The notes: generated by a model not told the origin, from the sequence alone. Positions 36,616 to 46,578 are shown, numbered from the stretch's first letter. The stretch is 64,000 nucleotides of DNA from Candidatus Deferrimicrobiaceae bacterium (GCA_963792415.1 CAWBVY010000004.1:576001-640000); one strand, 5' to 3'. Numbers and translations are program-made.

Positions 36616-38637
36616 GTGGGGCCCGCCGTGAATCTCCGGAACATCGGGATCATCGCGCACATCGACGCGGGGAAGACGACCTTCACCGAGCGGCTCCTCT
36701 ACTACGCCGGGATCACCCACCGGATGGGGGAGGTCCACGACGGCGACTCGCAGATGGATTACCTGCCGCAGGAGAGGGAGCGGGGGATCACGATCACCGC
36801 GGCGGCGACGCACTTCTCTTGGCTGGGCGCCGAGATCCACCTGATCGACACGCCCGGGCACGTCGATTTCACCATCGAGGTGGAGCGGTCGCTCCGCGTG
36901 CTCGACGGCGCGGTGGCGGTGTTTTGCGGCGTGGGGGGCGTGGAGCCGCAGTCGGAGGTCGTCTGGCGCCAGGCCGACCGGCACGGGATTCCGCGGCTGG
37001 CGTTCGTCAACAAGCTCGACCGGCCCGGTGCCGATTTCGACCGGGTGGTCGACGACATGGCGCGAAAACTCGACGCCCGCGGCGTTCCGCTGACCGTTCC
37101 GCTCTACGAGGACGGGGCGTTCGTGGCGGTGGCCGACCTCGTGACGATGGAAAAGGTCTCCTTCTCGGCGGAAGACCAGGGGGGGGGAGTGTCGCGGGCG
37201 CCCCTCTCCGAGGCGGAAGGTTTGTCGTGCGCGCGGTACCGCGAGACGCTGCTCGAGGCGGCGGCCGACCTCGACGACGCGGCGGCGGAGAAGTACCTCG
37301 CCGGGGAGGCGGTCCCGGCGCCGCTTCTGCGGGCCGCCCTGCGCAAGGGGACGCTGGCGGGCAGGATCTTCCCCGTCTTCGCGGGCTCCGCGCTGCGGAA
37401 CCGCGGGGTGCAGCCGGCGATGGACGGGATCGTCCAGTACCTCCCCTCTCCGGAGGAGGCGCAGCCCGCCCGGGGCGACGACCCCCTGACCGGTGTGCCG
37501 GCGACCCGCGAACCGGTCCCGTCCGCCCCGTTCTCGGCCCTCGTGTTCAAGGTCCTCCAGGAGGAAGGGCGCCGCACCGTCTATCTGCGCGTCTACTCGG
37601 GGAAGGTGGTGGAGGGGGAACCGCTGCTGAACGCCGCGACCGGCCAGAAGGAGAAGGTGGCGCGTCTCTTCCGGATGCACGCCGGGAAGAAGGAGGGGAT
37701 CACCTCCGCGGCGGCGGGGGCCATCGTCGCCGCGCGCGGGATCCGGTTCGCCCGGACGGGGGACACGCTGTGCGACCCCGGGGCGCCGATCGTGTACGAG
37801 TCGATCGAGATCCGCAAGCCGGTCGTGTCGGTCGTCGTCGAGCCGAGGACGGTGCGCGAGATGGACCGCCTTCGGGAGCTCCTCGGCGCGATGACGGACG
37901 AGGATCCGACGCTGTCGTATCGCGAGGACGCCGACACGGGGCAGATCGTCCTTTCCGGGATGGGAGAGCTTCACCTGGAGATCGCGATCGACCGCCTGGC
38001 GCGGGAGCACGGCATGGAGGTGCGCAAGGGGAACCCGGAGGTGGTCTACCGGGAGACGGTGGCGTCGCCGGCGCGCGAGGAGAGCGTCTTCGAGCGGGAG
38101 ATCGCGGAGCGCCAGGTGAAGGTGGCGACCGTGGTGGGCGTGTCGCCCGCCCCGCGGGGCTCCGGTGTCCGGATCTCCGACCGGTACCGCCTGCTCGGCC
38201 TGCCGCCGGACGTGGCCGACGCCGTGGAGATGGGGCTGCGGGAGGGGGCGTTCTCCGGCGCTCTCGGCTATCCGGTGGACGATGTGACGATCGAGCTCTC
38301 CCGCCTCGAGTTCCTCTCCGGCGTCCCCTCGCCGATGGTGGCGAAGGTGGCGGCCGCGAAGGCGTTCCACGAGGCGTACGAGAAGGGGAAGCCGTACCTG
38401 CTCGAACCGGTGATGGCGGTGGAGATCGTCGTGCCCGACGAGTTCCTCGGCGGGGTGATCGGCGACGTCAACGCCCGGCGCGGCAAGGTCTCCTCGGTCG
38501 ACCGGCGCCCGGGAGGGAGCTTCCTGTCGGCGGCGATCCCCCTCAAGGAGATGTTCGGCTACGTCACCGCCCTGCGGTCCCTGTCCCAGGGCCGGGGGAA
38601 CTACACGATGAAGTTCTCGCACTACGACAAGGGTTGA
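36616..38637 (+). CDS. Elongation factor G paralog (outside the str operon)
   Basis: AHIDAGKTT, ERGITI, DTPGH, NKLD, GMGELHL, LLEPVM, LRSLSQGRG. Confidence 0.9.
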   Translation: MGPAVNLRNIGIIAHIDAGKTTFTERLLYYAGITHRMGEVHDGDSQMDYLPQERERGITITAAATHFSWLGAEIHLIDTPGHVDFTIEVERSLRVLDGAVAVFCGVGGVEPQSEVVWRQADRHGIPRLAFVNKLDRPGADFDRVVDDMARKLDARGVPLTVPLYEDGAFVAVADLVTMEKVSFSAEDQGGGVSRAPLSEAEGLSCARYRETLLEAAADLDDAAAEKYLAGEAVPAPLLRAALRKGTLAGRIFPVFAGSALRNRGVQPAMDGIVQYLPSPEEAQPARGDDPLTGVPATREPVPSAPFSALVFKVLQEEGRRTVYLRVYSGKVVEGEPLLNAATGQKEKVARLFRMHAGKKEGITSAAAGAIVAARGIRFARTGDTLCDPGAPIVYESIEIRKPVVSVVVEPRTVREMDRLRELLGAMTDEDPTLSYREDADTGQIVLSGMGELHLEIAIDRLAREHGMEVRKGNPEVVYRETVASPAREESVFEREIAERQVKVATVVGVSPAPRGSGVRISDRYRLLGLPPDVADAVEMGLREGAFSGALGYPVDDVTIELSRLEFLSGVPSPMVAKVAAAKAFHEAYEKGKPYLLEPVMAVEIVVPDEFLGGVIGDVNARRGKVSSVDRRPGGSFLSAAIPLKEMFGYVTALRSLSQGRGNYTMKFSHYDKG

Positions 38638-38652
38638 CGGCGTTCTCACGCA

Positions 38653-38682
38653 AAAACCCGCGAGGAACCCCGCGGGTTTTTC
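38653..38682. terminator. Hairpin (possibly bidirectional terminator) after the EF-G paralog
   Basis: AAAACCCGCG-aggaaccc-CGCGGGTTTT. Confidence 0.5.
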
Positions 38683-38695
38683 CTTAGGAGATGAT

Positions 38696-39193
38696 ATGAA
38701 GGTTTTCGACGAGGAGCTGGTCAAGGACCGGGTGAACCGGTTCCCGTTCGTGAAGATGATGGGGATGAAGCTGGTTTCGTGCAGCGGCGGCGCGAGCGTG
38801 ATGCGGTGCCGCGTGCGGCAGGCGCTCAGGAATTCGGGCGGGACGCTCCACGGCGGGGTGCTGGGAACGCTCGTCGACATGTCCGTGGCGACCGCGCTGC
38901 GAAGCGCCCTTCCCCTCACCTCGCGAATGACCACGGTGGAATACAAGGTGAACCTCCTGAAGCCCGTATCGGAGGGTACGATCACCGCGCGCGGATCGGT
39001 CCTCCGGCTCGGGAAGACGATCGCGGTCGGCTCCACGGAGATCCGGAACGCCGCGGGGGACCCGGTCGCCTTCGGCTCCGCCACCTTCTACATCCTGAAC
39101 GTCCGGTCGCCGGCGGATTCCCCGGGTATAATGGTGGCGACGACGGGCCGGTCGAAGCCGAAGACGATGGCGGTCCTCAAAGGGGAAAGTTGA
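38696..39193 (+). CDS. PaaI family hotdog thioesterase
   Basis: NSGGTLHGGVLGTLVD, TVEYKVNLLKP. Confidence 0.88.
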   Translation: MKVFDEELVKDRVNRFPFVKMMGMKLVSCSGGASVMRCRVRQALRNSGGTLHGGVLGTLVDMSVATALRSALPLTSRMTTVEYKVNLLKPVSEGTITARGSVLRLGKTIAVGSTEIRNAAGDPVAFGSATFYILNVRSPADSPGIMVATTGRSKPKTMAVLKGES

Positions 39194-39194
39194 C

Positions 39195-39414
39195 ATGGTC
39201 AAGCATCCGCCGATCGTTACCGACACAGCTGGTAGGGGACCTCTTGCGCGACTATCCCGCGCTTCGGGAGAAGGTCGCCGAACTCTTCGGGCCGGAGTGC
39301 GTCTCGTGCCGGTCGAACCGCCACGAGACGATCACCTACACCTCCTGGCACAAGGGGCTCGACCCGGAGTCGGTGGTCCGCGCGCTGAACGACGCGCTGA
39401 AGAAAAGCAAGTAA
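39195..39414 (+). pseudogene. Small DUF1858-like CxxC protein with an apparent frameshift near 39225
   Basis: MVKHPPIVTD in one frame joins QLVGDLLRDYPALREKVAELFGPECVSCRSNRHETITYTSWHKGLDPESVVRALN in another. Confidence 0.55.
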
Positions 39415-39455
39415 CCCCCCCGATTCGGGAAACCGCCGCCCAAGGAGAGCGTTCG

Positions 39456-40616
39456 ATGTTCAAGGGAATCGACTATTACGATCTGGAAAGCGGGTTTACG
39501 TCCGAGGCGCGCATGATCCGGGACTCGGTCCGGGATTTCGTGGAAAACGAATTCCTCCCGATCGTCCGGGATCATTACCGGGCGGGCGGGTTCCCGATGC
39601 ATATCGTCCCGATGCTGGGGGAGATGGGGCTTCTCGGCTCCAACCTGAAGGGGTACGGGCTGCCCGGCATCGACCAGATTTCGTACGGCCTCGTCATGCA
39701 GGAGCTGGAGCGGGGCGACTCGGGGCTCCGCAGCTTCGCCTCCGTGCAGGGCGCGCTGGTGATGTACCCGATCCACACGTTCGGGAGCGAGGCGCAAAAA
39801 GGACGGTGGCTCCCGGCGCTGGGGGCGGGGAAGGCGGTCGGCTGCTTCGGCCTGACCGAGCCCGACCACGGCTCGGATCCGGGAGGGATGAAGACGAAGG
39901 CGGTGAAGGACGGGGGGCACTACGTGCTTTCCGGCGCGAAGATGTGGATCACGAACGGCTCCGTCGCCGACGTGGCGGTGGTGTGGGCCAAGCTCGACGG
40001 CGTGGTGCGCGGGTTCCTCGTCGAGAAGGGGATGAAGGGCTTCTCCGCCCCCGAGATCCACTCGAAGCTCTCCCTGCGGGCCTCCGTCACGTCGGAGCTG
40101 ATCTTCGACGACGTCCGGGTGCCGGCGGAGAACCTCCTTCCCGGCGCGCAGGGTCTGAAAGGCCCCCTCATGTGCCTGACCCAGGCGCGGTACGGGATCG
40201 CGTGGGGCGCGATCGGGGCCGCGATGGCGTGCTTCGACGAGGCGCTCTCCTACACGAAGGAGCGGCAGATGTTCGGCCGGCCGGTCGCCTCCTTCCAGCT
40301 CACGCAGGCGAAGTTCGCGGACATGCTGACGGAGATCACGTCGGCGCAGCTCATCGCCCTGCGGCTGGGTCACCTGAAGGAGGCCGGGAAGATGCGCCCG
40401 CAGCAGGTGAGCCTGGCGAAGCGGAACAACGTCCGGATGGCGCTCGAGGTCGCCCGGACCGCGCGCGGGATGCTCGGGGCCAACGGGATCAGCGACGAGT
40501 ACCAGACGATGCGGCACATGTGCAACCTCGAGTCGGTCGACACCTACGAGGGGACCTACGAGATCCACACCCTCGTCCTGGGGAAGGACGTGACCGGCAT
40601 CGACGCGGTGTCGTGA
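39456..40616 (+). CDS. gcdH: Acyl-CoA dehydrogenase, glutaryl-CoA dehydrogenase-like
   Basis: ELERGDSGLRSFASVQ, CFGLTEPDHGSDP, KMWITNG, TYEGTYEIH. Confidence 0.85.
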   Translation: MFKGIDYYDLESGFTSEARMIRDSVRDFVENEFLPIVRDHYRAGGFPMHIVPMLGEMGLLGSNLKGYGLPGIDQISYGLVMQELERGDSGLRSFASVQGALVMYPIHTFGSEAQKGRWLPALGAGKAVGCFGLTEPDHGSDPGGMKTKAVKDGGHYVLSGAKMWITNGSVADVAVVWAKLDGVVRGFLVEKGMKGFSAPEIHSKLSLRASVTSELIFDDVRVPAENLLPGAQGLKGPLMCLTQARYGIAWGAIGAAMACFDEALSYTKERQMFGRPVASFQLTQAKFADMLTEITSAQLIALRLGHLKEAGKMRPQQVSLAKRNNVRMALEVARTARGMLGANGISDEYQTMRHMCNLESVDTYEGTYEIHTLVLGKDVTGIDAVS

Positions 40617-40647
40617 GAAGGGGGATCGGGGCCGGGGGAGGGGTGCG

Positions 40648-41832
40648 ATGAGCGGCCCGTTGTCGGGGGTCCGCGTCCTCGACCTGTCGCGGGTCCTGGC
40701 GGGTCCCTTCTGCACGATGATCCTCGGGGACCTCGGGGCCGAGGTGATCAAGGTCGAGCGGCCCGGGGGGGGGGACGACACGCGCGAGTGGGGCCCCCCC
40801 TTCGCCGCCGGGGAGTCCGCGTACTACCTGTGCGTCAACCGGAACAAGAAGAGCGTCGCCCTGGACCTCAAGTCGCCGAAGGGGATCGAGGCCGTGCGGG
40901 CGCTTTCCGCGCGCAGCGACGTCGTGCTCGAGAACTTCCGGGTGGGGGTGGCGGACAAGCTGGGGCTCGGGTACGAGGCGCTCTCGAAAGGGAATCCCGG
41001 TCTCGTCTACTGCAGCATCACGGGGTACGGTCAGACCGGCCCGTACCGGGATCTTCCGGGGTACGACTTCATCGCCCAGGCGATGAGCGGGCTGATGAGC
41101 GTCACGGGGGAAAAAAGCGGCGAGCCGATGAAGCTGGGGGTGGCGACGGTCGACCTGACCACGGGGTTGTACGCCGCCGTGGCGGTCCTGGCGGCCCTGC
41201 GCCGTCGGGATTCCACCGGCGCGGGGCAGCGGATCGACCTCGCACTGATGGACTCGGCCCTCTCGTGGCTCGCGAACGTGGGGGAGAATTCCCTCGTCTC
41301 CGGCGAGGTCCCGGGACGGTTCGGCAACGCGCACGCGACCATCGTGCCGTACCAGGTGTTCCGCTCGAAGGACGGGTACCTCGCCGTCGGGATCGGCAAC
41401 GACCGGCAGTACCGGAGGTTCTGCGAGATCGCCGGCGCGCCGGAGCTTTCCTCCGACGAACGGTTTTCGACGAACCCGGAGCGGGTGCGCAACCGGGAGG
41501 CGCTCGTCCCCCTGCTGGAGCGCGTGTTCGCGACGCGGCCGACCGCCGAGTGGATCGAGCGTCTCTGGAGCGAGGGGATCCCGGCGGGGCCGATCAACAC
41601 GGTGGACCGGGCGCTGGAGGACCCGAACACCCTTGCGCGGGAGATGGTGGTCGAGATGCCGCACCCGAAGGCCGGTTCGGTGCGGCTGATCGGCTCCCCG
41701 ATGAAGTTTTCCGAGACCCCCGTGGAGTATCGCCGGCCGCCGCCGCTGCTCGGGGAGCACACGGAAGAGGTCCTCCGCGACGTCCTCGGGATGCCCGCGG
41801 AGGAGATCCGGGCGCTCGTCGGCCGCGCCTGA
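40648..41832 (+). CDS. CaiB/BaiF family III CoA-transferase
   Basis: DLSRVLAGP, NRNKKS, ENFR, GYDFIAQAMSG, PPLLGEHT. Confidence 0.92.
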   Translation: MSGPLSGVRVLDLSRVLAGPFCTMILGDLGAEVIKVERPGGGDDTREWGPPFAAGESAYYLCVNRNKKSVALDLKSPKGIEAVRALSARSDVVLENFRVGVADKLGLGYEALSKGNPGLVYCSITGYGQTGPYRDLPGYDFIAQAMSGLMSVTGEKSGEPMKLGVATVDLTTGLYAAVAVLAALRRRDSTGAGQRIDLALMDSALSWLANVGENSLVSGEVPGRFGNAHATIVPYQVFRSKDGYLAVGIGNDRQYRRFCEIAGAPELSSDERFSTNPERVRNREALVPLLERVFATRPTAEWIERLWSEGIPAGPINTVDRALEDPNTLAREMVVEMPHPKAGSVRLIGSPMKFSETPVEYRRPPPLLGEHTEEVLRDVLGMPAEEIRALVGRA

Positions 41833-41844
41833 CCCGAAGCGGTT

Positions 41845-42729
41845 CTACGTCAGGACGTAGGCGCCGTCGCGGAGGGCGGCCTCCCCCCGCGCGAGCATCC
41901 CGTCGAGGTGCTTGGAGAGGAGCGCCCACTCGCCGTAGTCGAACCATGGGCCGTCCCTCCCGGGGCCGTAGATCAGGCGCCGCGCGATGATCTCCGCCCG
42001 CGTGCGCGGCTCCCGGAGATAGTCCCGCAGCGCCTCCTCCCGCCGGTCGATCACCGCGAGGTACGCGTTCATCCTCTCCGTGATCGGGCCGCGGTGGACC
42101 GGCTCCCCGTGGGAGACCACGTATCGGTCCGCGCCGATCGCGGCGAGGCGGAGGGCGGACTTCCGGAACGCGTCGATGCCGCACGGGGCGTCGCCGTACC
42201 ACGGGCCGAACGCCGTCAGGTCGTAGTCGCCGAGGAACAGGATCCCGTCGTCGGGGAAATGAAGGCACAGGTGCCCGGGCGTGTGGCCCGGCGCGACGAC
42301 GGCGACCGCGCGCGTTCCGCCGAAGCGCAGCTCCTCCCCGTCCGCGATCCTCCTGGCGATCCTCCTCGGCGCGAAGTGGAACTTTTCCGCGAACAGTTTC
42401 CGGTAGAAGGCGTCCCACTCGTTCCCGAGGACGCCGTACCACGCCAGCAGCGTCTCGAGCGATTCGAAGGCCGGGGCGTCCGCGGCCGAGGATTCCACCG
42501 GCGTGTCCGGCAGTAGGGACAGGAACGTGAAGTGGTCCTCGTGGTAGTGGGTCATCACCACCGCCGCGATCCCGTCCTCCTCCCGAAGCCGTCCGATCTC
42601 CACGGGATCCGAGCCGGCGTCCACGAGGATGCCGCCTCCGTCCGCCACGTACAGGGAGTGCGCGTACGGGTACCGCCCGTCCTTCCCGCCCTCGACGACC
42701 CGGATCCTGTCCGTCAGCCCGTGAATCAT
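41845..42729 (-). CDS. Metallo-beta-lactamase fold hydrolase
   Basis: THYHEDH, PGHTPGH, FLGD, SHG. Confidence 0.88.
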   Translation of the reverse strand: MIHGLTDRIRVVEGGKDGRYPYAHSLYVADGGGILVDAGSDPVEIGRLREEDGIAAVVMTHYHEDHFTFLSLLPDTPVESSAADAPAFESLETLLAWYGVLGNEWDAFYRKLFAEKFHFAPRRIARRIADGEELRFGGTRAVAVVAPGHTPGHLCLHFPDDGILFLGDYDLTAFGPWYGDAPCGIDAFRKSALRLAAIGADRYVVSHGEPVHRGPITERMNAYLAVIDRREEALRDYLREPRTRAEIIARRLIYGPGRDGPWFDYGEWALLSKHLDGMLARGEAALRDGAYVLT

Positions 42730-42759
42730 CTCCCCTCAGCGCTGCGATATGATGTCGGC

Positions 42760-43179
42760 GTGAAGAAGATCCTGCTGCTCCCGTTCTGCCTTTCCCGCGA
42801 GGCCGAGGAAATGGCGGAATCCCTCGCCGCGCGGGAAGGGTACGTCGTCGTGGTGGCGCGCTCGACGACCCGGGCGCTGGCGGAGGTGCGCCGGCACGCC
42901 GGTCCTCCCGGAAGCGGCGCCCCGGTGCGGATCGTCGGCGTGGTGTGCGACGGTCGGGCGAAGAAGGTGTGGGCGGGCCTCGTGCTGCTGAAAGCGCGGC
43001 AGATGGGGAAACGTCTCCTGCGGCGGCGCGTCCGCCGGATCGAACTGGCCCGGGTGGCGATCACGGGCGGGACGAAGTCGCTGTTCGGGCGGCGTCATTG
43101 CCATGTGGGCCGCAACGAGCCCGATATGGAAGGGTTGCGCGCGGCGCTGCGGGGCGGCGACACCTTCATGATGGTGTGA
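42760..43179 (+). CDS. Hypothetical protein, DUF116-like
   Basis: GTG start; LLLPFCL...IVGVVC...HC pattern resembles DUF116. Confidence 0.55.
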   Translation: MKKILLLPFCLSREAEEMAESLAAREGYVVVVARSTTRALAEVRRHAGPPGSGAPVRIVGVVCDGRAKKVWAGLVLLKARQMGKRLLRRRVRRIELARVAITGGTKSLFGRRHCHVGRNEPDMEGLRAALRGGDTFMMV

Positions 43180-44779
43180 CCCCGTTTCCTCCGCCCCCCT
43201 CGCCGGGAATCGACCCCGGCGGGTGGAGCAGGTCCTCGCGCCGGTGGATGGTCCGGACCGTTCCGCTGCGGAACAGGAAGGCGAGGAGGAAGTAGACGCC
43301 GCCCACGAACGACGCCCCGGCGGCCAGCCGGACCATCGACCCGAACACGGTTTCCCACGCGAGGAACCGGGAAGCCGCGTCCAGAAAGAAGAATCCGGCC
43401 GTACCGGCCACCGCCGCGGCCACCGCCAGCTTCCCGTACTCGATCAGTTCGGGCACTCCCCGCCGCCCCACCGTCCGCCGCATCAGGATCCCGTAGAGCG
43501 CTCCCGCGTAGAGGAGGATTCCCGCCGTGCTGGCGAGCGCGAGGCCGAAGACGCCGTACGACTGCTGCAGGAGGTAGTACATCGGGAGGGCGACGATCCA
43601 CGCCCCGGTCCCCACGATCGTCGGGGTCCAGGTGTCCCGCATCGCGAAGAATCCGCGGGAGACGATCGCCTGCGAGCACCAGAAGGGGATCCCGAGGCAG
43701 AAGGCGGACAGGGCGGACGCGGTGCGCATCGTGTCGTAGATCGTGAACGCCCCGCGCTGGTAGACGAGGAGGACCGCCTCCCGCGACAGGACGACGGCGA
43801 TGGCCGCCACCCCGGCGGAGAGGAGGAAGACCCACCGCAGGGTGAGGGACAGCGTGTTCCACATCTCCTCCGTTTTCCCCTCCGCGGCCAGCGAGGAGAG
43901 GAACGGGTACGACGCCACCCCCGACGCCTGGCCGAGGATGCCCACGGGCACCAGCATCAGGCGGCGCGCGTTGTTCAGCCAGGTGATCGCCCCCGCGAGG
44001 AGGAAGGAGCCGAAAACGCGCGTGGTCCACTCGTCCACCACGACGAGGGAGAAGCCGAGCATGATCGGGATGGAGAGCCGGACGAACTCCTTCAGGCCCG
44101 GGTCGGAGAAGTCGAGCCGGGGGGAGAAGGAGAGGCCGCCGCGCCGCGCGCCGTGGATCTGCAGGACGAAGTTCCCGAGGAACGCCCCGGCGAGGACTCC
44201 CCAGGCGAACCCTTCCATCCCGCGGTCGCGCCCGAGGAGCAACCCTCCCGCGATGATCCCGGCGTTGTAGACCAGGGGCGCCAGCGCGGGAAGGAAGAAC
44301 TGCTTCCGCGCGTACTGCACCGCCATCAGGAGCCCGCCGATGTAGAAGAAGATCTGCGCGGGGAGCACGATGCGCGTCAACCGGGCCGCGAGCGCCGCCT
44401 GCGCGGGTGAAAAGCCGGGGGCGAGGAGGGGGATGACGCGGGCCGCGAGGAACTCGCTCAGCACGATGAAGAAGAGCATGCCGATCCCCATCACCGTGGC
44501 GATCGTCGAGAAGGAGCGGAAACCCTCCTCCTCCTTCCCCTCCGCCAGGTACCGCGCGAAGATCGGGATGAAGGTGATGGAGAGCGCGCCGCCCGCGAGC
44601 AGGTAGTTGAGGAAGTCGGGGATCGTGAACGCGACGAAATAGGCGTCGGTCTCGGGGGTGGCGCCGTGCTGCCAGGCGATCACGGCGTCGCGGGCGTACC
44701 CGAGGATCCGGGAGAGGAGCACCGACCCCATCATCAGCGCCGCGGCGCGCCCCATCTGTCGGCCCGGGAGGTCGGACAT
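43166..44779 (-). CDS. murJ: Lipid II flippase MurJ (MviN)
   Basis: SRILGYARD, DAYFVAFTIPD, GGALSITFIP, RGFFAMRDTWTP; many TM segments. Confidence 0.9.
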   Translation of the reverse strand: MSDLPGRQMGRAAALMMGSVLLSRILGYARDAVIAWQHGATPETDAYFVAFTIPDFLNYLLAGGALSITFIPIFARYLAEGKEEEGFRSFSTIATVMGIGMLFFIVLSEFLAARVIPLLAPGFSPAQAALAARLTRIVLPAQIFFYIGGLLMAVQYARKQFFLPALAPLVYNAGIIAGGLLLGRDRGMEGFAWGVLAGAFLGNFVLQIHGARRGGLSFSPRLDFSDPGLKEFVRLSIPIMLGFSLVVVDEWTTRVFGSFLLAGAITWLNNARRLMLVPVGILGQASGVASYPFLSSLAAEGKTEEMWNTLSLTLRWVFLLSAGVAAIAVVLSREAVLLVYQRGAFTIYDTMRTASALSAFCLGIPFWCSQAIVSRGFFAMRDTWTPTIVGTGAWIVALPMYYLLQQSYGVFGLALASTAGILLYAGALYGILMRRTVGRRGVPELIEYGKLAVAAAVAGTAGFFFLDAASRFLAWETVFGSMVRLAAGASFVGGVYFLLAFLFRSGTVRTIHRREDLLHPPGSIPGEGGGGNGVTPS

Positions 44780-44843
44780 GCTTCAGACTATACAGGAACG
44801 TCCCCGTTCAACGGTAGTTCTCGGGAACGTCCCTGTTCTGCGG

Positions 44844-45449
44844 TTACGCCCCCTCCCTCTCGCGGGTGGGGTAGGAGAAGTACTCGTGGGTCTGGATGCT
44901 CGCCCAGAACTCCTCGAGGTCCTTCGTCAGGACGAGCAGGTCGTGCCGCACGCCGATCTGGTCGCGCACGTGCCCGCGGAACGTCGCCTCGAGCTTGAAG
45001 CCCAGCTTCTCGAACACGCGCCTCGCGCCCGGCTGCGACTCCATCACCTCCGCCACCACCTTCTCGAGGCCCGACTTCAGGGCGTGGAGGAACAGTTCGT
45101 TGGCGAGGATGCTTCCCAACCCCTTCCGGTGGAAGTCTGTCGCCACGACGGCCCGGATCGTCCCGACGTGCTTCATCCACCCGCCGAGGTTCTTGTGCAG
45201 CGTGGCGTCCGCCACGATGTCGTTCCCCTTCAAGGCGAGGAGCGGGAAGATCCGGTCGTAGTTGAGCTCGGCCGCCCACCGGTCGATCACGGCGGGGTCC
45301 GACACGTTGTCCTTGAGGAAGATCCGGTCCCCCTCGGGAAGCCGCTGGAAGAAGGTGAACAGGGCCTCCTTGTCCTTCCGTTCGAACGGCCTCAGGGTGA
45401 TCGTCGAACCGTCCTTGAGCTTCGCTTCCTTGGGGTATTCCGGGTTCAT
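44844..45449 (-). CDS. GNAT family N-acetyltransferase
   Basis: LKDGSTITLRP, FHRKGLGS, FEKLGF. Confidence 0.85.
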   Translation of the reverse strand: MNPEYPKEAKLKDGSTITLRPFERKDKEALFTFFQRLPEGDRIFLKDNVSDPAVIDRWAAELNYDRIFPLLALKGNDIVADATLHKNLGGWMKHVGTIRAVVATDFHRKGLGSILANELFLHALKSGLEKVVAEVMESQPGARRVFEKLGFKLEATFRGHVRDQIGVRHDLLVLTKDLEEFWASIQTHEYFSYPTREREGA

Positions 45450-45559
45450 GGCGCGTCCTCCTTGTCCGGCGGGTGTATGGGTCGATCGAACACGGTGACC
45501 GATGGTGTCTTTTCATTATAATGGGCGCGGGGCCCGGCACAACCGGGAAAGGGGGGGAA

Positions 45560-46348
45560 ATGGGCGGCAAGGTGATCGTGGAGCGTGACGGGGGGGTCGC
45601 GACGGTCACCCTCTCCAACCCGGCGAAGAAGAACGCGCTGAACCTGAAGATCCTGAACGAGCTGCGCTCGGCGCTCGACGCGCTCGCATCCAGGGACACG
45701 CGCTGCCTCGTCCTGCGGGGGGAGGGGAGCGAGGCGTTCTGCGCGGGGTACGACATCACCCAGATCCCCGCCGGGGGGAGCGGCGAGGCGCAGGTGCTCC
45801 TTTCCGCCAACCCGTTCGACGACATGATCCGGGCGATCGAGGCGTTCCCCTCGCCGGTGATCGCCATGCTGAACGGCTTCGCCTTCGGCGGAGGGCTCGA
45901 GATGGCGGTGGCGTGCGACATCCGGATCGCCTCCGACCAGGCGGTCTTCGGGATGACGCCGGCCCGCCTCGGAATCATCTACCGTCCCGCGGGCCTCATG
46001 CGGTTCGTGAACACGATCGGGCTCCCCGCCACGAAGGAGCTCTTCTACACGGCGCGCAAGGTGAGCGCCCGGCGGGCGCTGGACCTGAAACTGGTCGGCC
46101 GCGTCTGCCCCCCGGAGGAACTCCCCCAGGTCGTCCTCGAGATGGCGCGGGAGATCGCCGGGAACGCCCCCCTCTCGATCCGCGGCACGAAGCGGATCCT
46201 CGCCCTGTGCATGCGGTTCCGCGACCTCCCTCCCGGGGAGGCGGAAGAGGCGGAGGAGCTGATCCGCGCCTGCATGAACAGCCGCGACCTCCTCGAGGGG
46301 AAGCAGGCGTTCCTCGAGAAGCGGAAACCGAAGTTCCAGGGGAGGTAA
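45560..46348 (+). CDS. Enoyl-CoA hydratase/isomerase family protein
   Basis: KKNALN, AFCAGYDI, GFAFGGGLE, ACDIRIA, AFLEKRKP. Confidence 0.9.
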   Translation: MGGKVIVERDGGVATVTLSNPAKKNALNLKILNELRSALDALASRDTRCLVLRGEGSEAFCAGYDITQIPAGGSGEAQVLLSANPFDDMIRAIEAFPSPVIAMLNGFAFGGGLEMAVACDIRIASDQAVFGMTPARLGIIYRPAGLMRFVNTIGLPATKELFYTARKVSARRALDLKLVGRVCPPEELPQVVLEMAREIAGNAPLSIRGTKRILALCMRFRDLPPGEAEEAEELIRACMNSRDLLEGKQAFLEKRKPKFQGR

Positions 46349-46364
46349 CGCGCGGAAAAACGGG

Positions 46365-46467
46365 TGCCCCCCGTTCTTTCTACTGCGGGGGTACCCCACA
46401 AGCGCGAAGCTCGTGGTGGGGCGCCCCACTCCCGTAAGAAATGCGCTCCCCGGGTACCCCCGCAGTA
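46365..46467. repeat. REP/BIME-like element, copy C (two inverted units)
   Basis: TACTGCGGGGGTACCC ... GGGTACCCCCGCAGTA inverted pair; both halves match copy B. Confidence 0.75.
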
Positions 46468-46475
46468 ATAATGCA

Positions 46476-46507
46476 AAGGGGGCAGCCCGGTCTCGGGCCG
46501 CCCCCTT
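46476..46507. terminator. Hairpin between the convergent ECH and aconitase genes
   Basis: AAGGGGGC-AGCCCG-gtct-CGGGCC-GCCCCCTT. Confidence 0.45.
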
Positions 46508-46578
46508 CGTGCAATTCACCCTCCGGCTTCGCCGGACCTTCCTGTTGCGCGCGTCTTCCGTCTACGTTATGCCGATCG

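Noticed and set aside
44792-44836. Imperfect inverted repeat ACAGGAACGTCCCC...GGGAACGTCCCTGT between the GNAT gene and murJ
   Set aside because: Single copy in the window; cannot tell terminator, operator and repeat apart.
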